Under the pieces are notes generated by a model. It made no database searches, had not been told where the DNA came from, and worked only from the letters and a program-made list of their open reading frames with translations. Below, in pieces: positions 55,801 to 64,000 of a stretch of 64,000 nucleotides of DNA. The DNA lies in NCBI RefSeq assembly GCF_009914755.1, contig NC_060933.1; one strand, written 5' to 3'. Both the position numbers and the translations under genes were made by a program. This DNA comes from the human T2T-CHM13v2.0 reference genome, Homo sapiens. Within the stretch, counting starts at the first letter, position 1; each line of letters begins with the position of its first letter.

Positions 55801-56032
55801 TGGCAGCGCTTTGAAGCCTATGGTGAAAAAGGTGATATCTTCTCCTAAAAACCAGACAGAAGCATTCTCAGAATCTTTCTTGTGATGTGTGTACTCAAGT
55901 AACAGAGGTGAACCTTCATTTTGACAGAGCAGTTTTGAAGCACTCTTTTTGTAGAATCTGCAAGTGGATATTTTGATACCTTTGAGGATTTCGTTAGACA
56001 CGGGATATCTTCATATAAAATCTAGACAGAAG
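52801..56032 (+). repeat. 19-mer HOR (3232 bp) containing an e/a hybrid monomer (54503-54669)
   Basis: Marker spacing 52732->55964 = 3232. Order: f g a b c* g* a b c d e/a b c* g* a b c' d' e'. Confidence 0.9.
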
Positions 56033-59000
56033 CATTCTCAGAAACTTCTTTGTGCTGTATGTCCTCAATTAACAGAGTTGAACCTTTGTGTGGATACAGC
56101 ATTTTGGAAAAATTCCTTTAGTAGAATCTGCAAGTTGATATTTAGATAGCTAGGAAGATTTCCTTGGAAACGGGAATATCTTCATATAAAATCTAGACGG
56201 AAGCATTCTCAGAAACTGCTTTGTGATGTTTTCATTCAAGTCACAGAGTAGAATGTTCCCTGTTATATACCAGGTTTGAGACACTCTTTCTGCACTACCT
56301 GGAAGTGGACGTTTGGAGCGCTTTGAGGCCTATGTTGAAAAAGGAAATATCTTCCCATAAAAACTAGACAGAAGCATTCTCAGAAACTTGTTTGTGATGT
56401 GTGTATTCAACTAACAGAGATGAACCTTTCTTTTTACAGAGCAGTTTTGAAACACTCTTTTTGTGGAATCTGAAAGTGGATATTTGGATAGCTTTGAGGA
56501 TTTCGTTGGAAACGGGATTACATATAAAACCTAGAGAGAAACATTCTCAGGAACTTCTTTGTGATGTTTGCATTCACGTCACAGAACTGAACATTCCCTT
56601 TCATAGAGCATGTTTGAAACACTCTTTCTGTAGTATCTGCAAACGGACATTTCAAACGCTTTCAGGCCTATGGTGAGAAAGGAAATATCTTCAAGTAAAA
56701 ACTAGACAGAAGCATTCTCAGAAACTTATTTGCGATGTGTGTCCTCAACTAACAGAGTTGAACCTTTCTTTTGATACAACATTTTGGAAACACTCTTTTT
56801 GTAGAATCTGCAAGTGGATATTTGAATAGCTTTGAAGGTTTCGTTGGAAACGGGAATATCTTCATATAAAATCAAGACAGAAGCATTCTCAGAAACTTCT
56901 CTGTGATGTTTGCATTCAACTCATAGAGTTGAACACTTCCCTTCATACAGCAGGTTTGAAACACTCTTTTTGTAATATTTGGAAGTGGACATTTGCAGCG
57001 CTTTGAGGCCTATGATGAAAAAGGTAATATCTTCCCATAAAAACTAGACAGAAGCATTCTCAGAAACTTGTTTGAGATGTGTGTATTCAACTAACAGAGA
57101 TGAACCTTTCTTTTTACAGAGCAGTTTTGAAACACTCTTTTTGTGGAATCTGAAAGTGGATATTTGGATAGCTTTGGGGATATCGTTGGAAACGGGATTA
57201 CATATAAAATCTAGGGAGAAGCATTCTCAGGAACTTCTTTGTGATGTTTGCATTCAAGTCACAGAACTGAACATTCCCTTTCATAGATCAGGTTTGAAAC
57301 ACTCTTTCTGTAGTATCTGCAAGCGGACGTTTTAAGCGCTTTCAGGCCTGTGGTGAGAAAGGAAATATCTTCAAATAAAAACTAGACAGAAGCATTCTCA
57401 GAAACTTATTTGCGATGTGTGTCCTCAACTAACAGAGTTGAACCTTTCTTTTGATACAACATTTTGGAAACACTCTTTTTGTAGAATCTGCAAGTGGATA
57501 TTTGGATAGCTTTGAAGGTTTCGTTGGAAACGGGAATATCTTCATATGAAATCAAGACAGAAGCATTCTCAGAAACTTCTCTGTGATGTTTGCATTCAAC
57601 TCATAGAGTTGAACACTTCCCTTCATACAGCAGGTTTGAAACACTCTTTTTCTAATATTTGGAAGTGGACATTTGCAGCGCTTTGAGGCCTATGTTGAAA
57701 AAGGAAATATCTTCTCCTAAAAACCAGACAGAAGCATTCTCAGAAACTTCCTTGTGATGTGTGTACTCAAGTAACAGAGTTGAACCTTCCTTTTGACAGA
57801 GCAGTTTTGAAGCACTCTTTTTGTAGAATCTGCAAGTGGATATTTTGATACCTTTGAGGATTTCGTTGGACACGGGATATCTTCATATAAAATCTAGACA
57901 GAAGCATTCTCAGAAACTTCTTTGTGCTGTATGTCCTCAATTAACAGAGTTGAACCTTTGTGTGGATACAGCATTTTGGAAACATTCCTTTAGTAGAATC
58001 TGCAAGTTGATATTTAGATAGCTAGGAAGATTTCCTTGGAAACGGGAATATCTTCATATAAAATCTAGACGGAAGCATTCTCAGAAAGTGCTTTGTGATG
58101 TTTGCATTCAAGTCACAGAGTTGAATATTCCCTTTTATAGAGCAGGTTTGAAACACTCTTTCTGCACTACCTGGAAGTGGACATTTGGAGCGCTTTGAGG
58201 CCTATGTTGAAAAAGGAAATATCTTCCCATAAAAACTAGACAGAAGCATTCTCAGAAACTTGTTTGTGATGTGTGTATTCAACTAACAGAGATGAACCTT
58301 TCTTTTTACAGAGCAGTTTTGAAACACTCTTTTTGTGGAATCTGAAAGTGGATATTTGGATAGCTTTGAGGATTTCGTTGGAAACGGGATTACATATAAA
58401 ACCTAGAGAGAAGCATTCTTAGGAACTGCTTTGTGATGTTTGCATTCAAGTCACAGAACTGAACATTCCCTTTCATAGAGCAGGTTTGAAACACTCTTTC
58501 TGTAGTATCTGCAAGCTGACGTTTCAAGCGCTTTCAGGCCTATGGTGAGAAAGGAAATATCTTCAAGTAAAAACTAGACAGAAGCATTCTCAGAAACTTA
58601 TTTGCGATGTGTGTTCTCAACTAACAGAGTTGAACCTTTGTTTTGATATGGCATTTTGGAAACACTCTTTTTGTAGAATCTGCAGGTGGATATTCGGATA
58701 GCTTTGAAGGTTTCGTTGGAAACGGGAATATCTTCATATAAAATCTAGACGGAAGCATTCTCAGAAACTGCTTTGTGATGTTTTCATTCAAGTCACAGAG
58801 TAGAATGTTCCCTGTTATATACCAGGTTTGAGACACTCTTTCTGCACTACCTGGAAGTGGACATTTGCAGCGCTTTGAGGCCTATGATGAAAAAGGAAAT
58901 ATCTTCCCATAAAAACTAGACAGAAGCATTCTCAGAAACTTGTTTGTGATGTGTGTATTCAACTAACAGAGATGAACCTTTCTTTTTACAGAGCAGTTTT

Positions 59001-62000
59001 GAAACACTCTTTTTGTGGAATCTGAAAGTGGATATTTGGATAGCTTTGAGGATTTCGTTGGAAACGGGATTACATATAAAATCTAGAGAGAAGCATTCTC
59101 AGGAACTTCTTTGTGATGTTTGCATTCACGTCACAGAACTGAACATTCCCTTTCATAGAGCATGTTTGAAACACTCTTTCTGTAGTATCTGCAAACGGAC
59201 ATTTCAAACGCTTTCAGGCCTATGGTGAGAAAGGAAATATCTTCAAATAAAAACTAGACAGAAGCATTCTCAGAAACTTATTTGCGATGTGTGTCCTCAA
59301 CTAACAGAGTTGAACCTTTCTTTTGATACAACATTTTGGAAACACTCTTTTTGTAGAATATGCAAGTGGATATTTGAATAGCTTTGAAGGTTTCGTTTTA
59401 AACGGGAATATCTTCATATAAAATCAAGACAGAAGCATTCTCAGAAACTTCTCTGTGATGTTTGCATTCAACTCATAGAGTTGAACACTTCCCTTCATAC
59501 AGCAGGATTGAAACACTCTTTTTGTAATATTTGGAAGTGGACATTTTCAGCGCTTTGAGGCCTATGATGAAAAAGGTAATATCTTCCCATAAAAACTAGA
59601 CAGAAGCATTCTCAGAAACTTGTTTGTGATGTCTGTATTCAACTAACAGAGATGAACCTTTCTTTTTACAGAGCAGTTTTGAAACACTCTTTTTGTGGAA
59701 TCTGAAAGTGGATATTTGGATAGCTTTGCGGATTTCGTTGGAAACGGGATTACATATAAAATCTAGGGAGAAGCATTCTCAGGAACTTCTTTGTGATGTT
59801 TGCATTCAAGTCACAGAACTGAACATTCCCTTTCATAGAGCATGTTTGAAACACTCTTTCTGTAGTATCTGCAAGCGGACGTTTGAAACGCTTTCAGGCC
59901 TGTGGTGAGAAAGGAAATATCTTCAAATAAAAACTAGACAGAAGCATTCTCAGAAACTTATTTGCGATGTGTGTCTTCAACTAACAGAGTTGAACCTTTC
60001 TTTTGATACAACATTTTGGAAACACTCTTTTTGTAGAATCTGCAAGTGGATATTTGGATAGCTTTGAAGGTTTCGTTGGAAACGGGAATATCTTCATATG
60101 AAATCAAGACAGAAGCATTCTCAGAAACTTCTCTGTGATGTTTGCATTCAACTCATAGAGTTGAACACTTCCCTTCATACAGCAGGTTTGAAACACTCTT
60201 TTTCTAATATTTGGAAGTGGACATTTGCAGCGCTTTGAGGTCTATGTTGAAATCGGAAATATCTTCTCCTAAAAACCAGACAGAAGCATTCTCAGAAACT
60301 TCTTTGTGATGTGTGTACTCAAGTAACAGAGTTGAACGTTCCTTTTGACAGAGCAGTTTTGAAGCACTCTTTTTGTAGAATCTGCAAGTGGATATTTTGA
60401 TACCTTTGAGGATTTCGTTGGACACGGGATATCTTCATATAAAATCTAGACAGAAGCATTCTCAGAAACTTCTTTGTGCTGTATGTCCTCAATTAACAGA
60501 GTTGAACCTTTGTGTGGATACAGCATTTGGAAACATTCCTTTAGTAGAATCTGCAAGTTGATATTTAGATAGCTAGGAAGATTTCCTTGGAAACGGGAAT
60601 ATCTTCATATAAAATCTCGACGGAAGCATTCTCAGAAAGTGCTTTGTGATGTTTGCATTCAAGTCACAGAGTTGAATATTCCCTTTTATAGAGCAGGTTT
60701 GAAACACTCTTTCTGCACTACCTGGAAGTGGACATTTGGAGCGCTTTGAGGCCTATGTTGAAAAAGGAAATATCTTCCCATAAAAACTAGACAGAAGCAT
60801 TCTCAGAAACTTGTTTGTGATGTGTGTATTCAACTAACAGAGATGAACCTTTCTTTTTACAGAGCAGTTTTGAAACACTCTTTTTGTGGAATCTGAAAGT
60901 GGATATTTGGATAGCTTTGAGGATTTCGTTGGAAACGGGATTACATATAAAACCTAGAGAGAAGCATTCTCAGGAACTTCTTTGTGATGTTTGCATTCAA
61001 GTCACAGAACTGAACATTCCCTTTCATAGAGCAGGTTTGAAACACTCTTTCTGTAGTATCTGCAAGCTGACGTTTCAAGCGCTTTCAGGCCTATGGTGAG
61101 AAAGGAAATATCTTCAAGTAAAAACTGGACAGAAGCATTCTCAGAAACTTATTTGCGATGTGTGTTCTCAACTAACAGAGTTGAACCTTTGTTTTGATAT
61201 GGCATTTTGGAAACACTCTTTTTGTAGAATCTGCAGGTGGATATTCGGATAGCTTTGAAGGTTTCGTTGGAAACGGGAATATCTTCATATAAAATCTAGA
61301 CGGAAGCATTCTCAGAAACTGCTTTGTGATGTTTTCATTCAAGTCACAGAGTAGAATGTTCCCTGTTATATACCAGGTTTGAGACACTCTTTCTGCACTA
61401 CCTGGAAGTGGACATTTGCAGCGCTTTGAGGCCTATGATGAAAAAGGAAATATCTTCCCATAAAAACTAGACAGAAGCATTCTCAGAAACTTGTTTGTGA
61501 TGTGTGTATTCAACTAACAGAGATGAACCTTTCTTTTTACAGAGCAGTTTTGAAACACTCTTTTTGTGGAATCTGAAAGTGGATATTTGGATAGCTTTGA
61601 GGATTTCGTTGGAAACGGGATTACATATAAAATCTAGAGAGAAGCATTCTCAGGAACTTCTTTGTGATGTTTGCATTCACGTCACAGAACTGAACATTCC
61701 CTTTCATAGAGCATGTTTGAAACACTCTTTCTGTAGTATCTGCAAACGGACATTTCAAACGCTTTCAGGCCTATGGTGAGAAAGGAAATATCTTCAAATA
61801 AAAACTAGACAGAAGCATTCTCAGAAACTTATTTGCGATGTGTGTCCTCAACTAACAGAGTTGAACCTTTCTTTTGATACAACATTTTGGAAACACTCTT
61901 TTTGTAGAATCTGCAAGTGGATATTTGAATAGCTTTGAAGGTTTCGTTGGAAACGGGAATATCTTCATATAAAATCAAGACAGAAGCATTCTCAGAAACT

Positions 62001-64000
62001 TCTCTGTGATGTTTGCATTCAACTCATAGAGTTGAACACTTCCCTTCATACAGCAGGTTTGAAACACTCTTTTTCTAGTATTTGGAAGTGGACATTTGCA
62101 GCGCTTTGAGGCCTATGTTGAAAAAGGAAATATCTTCTCCTAAAAACCAGACAGAAGCATTCTCAGAAACTTCCTTGTGATGGGTGTACTCAAGTAACAG
62201 AGTTGAACCTTCCTTTTGACAGAGCAGTTTTGAAGCACTCTTTTTGTAGAATCTGCAAGTGGATATTTTGATACCTTTGAGGATTTCGTTGGACACGGTA
62301 TATCTTCATATTAAATCTAGACAGAAGAATTCTCAGAAACTTCTTTGTGCTGTATGTCCTCAATTAACAGAGTTGAACCTTTGTGTGGATACAGCATTTT
62401 GGAAACATTCCTTTAGTAGAATCTGCAAGTTGATATTTAGATAGCTAGGAAGATTTCCTTGGAAACGGGAATATCTTCAAATAAAATCTAGGCGGAAGCA
62501 TTCTCAGAAAGTGCTTTGTGATGTTTGCATTCAAGTCACAGAGTTGAATATTCCCTTTTATAGAGCAGGTTTGAAACACTCTTTCTGCACTACCTGGAAG
62601 TGGACATTTGGAGCGCTTTGAGGCCTATGTTGAAAAAGGAAATATCTTCCCCTAAAAACTAGACAGAAGCATTCTCAGAAACTTGTTTGTGATGTGTGTA
62701 TTCAACTAACAGAGATGAACCTTTCTTTTTACAGAGCAGTTTTGAAACACTCTTTTTGTGGAATCTGAAAGTGGATATTTGGATAGCTTTGAGGATTTCG
62801 TTGGAAACGGGATTACATATAAAACCTAGAGAGAAGCATTCTCAGGAACTTCTTTGTGATGTTTGCATTCAAGTCACAGGACTGAACATTCCCTTTCATA
62901 GAGCAGGTTTGAAACACTCTTTCTGTAGTATCTGCAAGCTGACGTTTCAAGCGCTTTCAGGCCTATGGTGAGAAAGGAAATATCTTCAAGTAAAAACTAG
63001 ACAGAAGCATTCTCAGAAACTTATTTGCCATGTGTGTTCTCAACTAACAGAGTTGAACCTTTGTTTTGATACGGCATTTTGGAAACACTCTTTTTGTAGA
63101 ATCTGCAGGTGGATATTCGGATAGCTTTGAAGGTTTCGTTGGAAACGGGAATATCTTCATATAAAATCTAGACGGAAGCATTCTCAGAAACTGCTTTGTG
63201 ATGTTTTCATTCAAGTCACAGAGTAGAATGTTCCCTGTTATATACCAGGTTTGAGACACTCTTTCTGCACTACCTGGAAGTGGACGTTTGGAGCGCTTTG
63301 AGGCCTATGTTGAAAAAGGAAATATCTTCCCATAAAAACTAGACAGAAGCATTCTCAGAAACTTGTTTGTGATGTGTGTATTCAACTAACAGAGATGAAC
63401 CTTTCTTTTTACAGAGCAGTTTTGAAACACTCTTTTTGTGGAATCTGAAAGTGGATATTTGGATAGCTTGGAGGATTTCGTTGGAAACGGGATTACATAT
63501 AAAACCTAGAGAGAAGCATTCTCAGGAACTGCTTTGTGATGTTTGCATTGAAGTCACAGAACTGAACATTCCCTTTCATAGAGCAGGTTTGAAACACTCT
63601 TTCTGTAGTATCTGCAAGCTGACGTTTCAAGCGCTTTCAGGCCTATGGTGAGAAAGGAAATATCTTCAAGTAAAAACTAGACAGAAGCATTCTCAGAAAC
63701 TTATTTGCGATGTGTGTTCTCAACTAACAGAGTTGAACCTTTGTTTTGATATGGCATTTTGGAAACACTCTTTTTGTAGAATCTGCAGGTGGATATTCGG
63801 ATAGCTTTGAAGGTTTCGTTGGAAACGGGAATATCTTCATATAAAATCTAGACGGAAGCATTCTGAGAAACTGCTTTGTGATGTTTTCATTCAAGTCACA
63901 GAGTAGAATGTTCCCTGTTATATACCAGGTTTGAGACACTCTTTCTGCACTACCTGGAAGTGGACATTTGCAGCGCTTTGAGGCCTATGATGAAAAAGGA

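Larger units (their letters stand above)
1..64000 (+). repeat. Alpha satellite higher-order-repeat array, suprachromosomal family 2 (dimeric), single orientation
   Basis: Continuous ~171-bp periodicity (CATTCTCAG starts at 72, 239, 410, 581, 752...). Alphoid consensus motifs throughout (CATTCTCAGAAACTT, AGAGTTGAAC, TTTGAAACACTCTTT). CENP-B-box and pJalpha monomers alternate. The SF2 assignment is by recognition, not alignment. Confidence 0.98.
1..64000 (+). repeat. Probable array identity: D4Z1 (S2C4H1L, chr4) or the closely related D9Z4 (S2C9H1L, chr9), in a structurally heterogeneous part of the array
   Basis: The 4/7/11/15-mer series (680/1192/1872/2552 bp) fits D9Z4-like organisation. 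A 3232-bp 19-mer at 52801-56032 matches the ~3.2-kb canonical D4Z1 unit length. Recalled from the literature, not checked by search. Confidence 0.65.

Noticed and set aside
98-63939. Recurrent 61-113 aa ORFs (MYSTNRDEPFF..., MDILIPLRIS..., MSNEILKG..., MSQTWYIT...)
   Set aside because: They recur at the satellite period, use non-ATG starts where checked, overlap on both strands, resemble no domain I recognise and are freely broken by indels. They are translation artefacts, used here only as position markers.
1-64000. CRISPR-like repeat/spacer appearance of the conserved AGACAGAAGCATTCTCAGAAAC motif
   Set aside because: The intervening sequences are homologous alphoid monomers, not unique spacers, and there are no cas genes.
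1-64000. Transposon insertion, inversion or non-alphoid island
   Set aside because: Monomer phase and orientation are continuous. No Alu, L1, poly-A or HSat sequence was seen, and unit lengths are accounted for by whole monomers plus small indels.
1-64000. Assignment to D13Z1/D21Z1 or D2Z1 because of 11/7/4-mer or 680-bp periods
   Set aside because: I did not see the GTGTGTACCCAGC motif I recall for D13Z1/D21Z1, and D2Z1 is a near-pure 4-mer. This exclusion rests on memory and needs alignment.
1-64000. Claim that this is the CENP-A/kinetochore (CDR) site
   Set aside because: It is epigenetically defined and not readable from sequence; the structural heterogeneity is if anything more typical of array flanks.

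Overview
The whole 64 kb is human-type centromeric alpha satellite: about 376 head-to-tail ~171-bp monomers in one orientation, with no genes, transposon insertions or inversions visible. CENP-B-box monomers alternate with pJalpha-site monomers, as in suprachromosomal family 2. I label seven base monomers a-g by the bases following CATTCTC: a=AGAAACTTGTTT (167 bp), b=AGGAACTTCTTT, c=AGAAACTTATTT, d=AGAAACTTCTCT, e=AGAAACTTCCTT (170 bp), f=AGAAACTTCTTTGTGCT, g=AGAAAGTGCT. These form a 7-mer (1192 bp). Two 680-bp 4-mers, a-b-c*-g* and a-b-c-d*, are inserted in variable number. Measured f-to-f, units are 7, 9, 11, 13, 15, 19, 24, 27 and 31 monomers, so the array is structurally very heterogeneous. 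The best match is the related chr4 D4Z1 (S2C4H1L) / chr9 D9Z4 (S2C9H1L) pair; the chromosome cannot be fixed without alignment. All listed ORFs are by-products of the repeat, and I see no protein-coding system. The interesting signal is the array's recorded history: hybrid monomers with junctions at or beside CENP-B boxes, a 22-mer to 19-mer transition, a 37-mer super-repeat, a ~30 kb inner SNP-haplotype domain, and a stepwise CENP-B-box-loss lineage.
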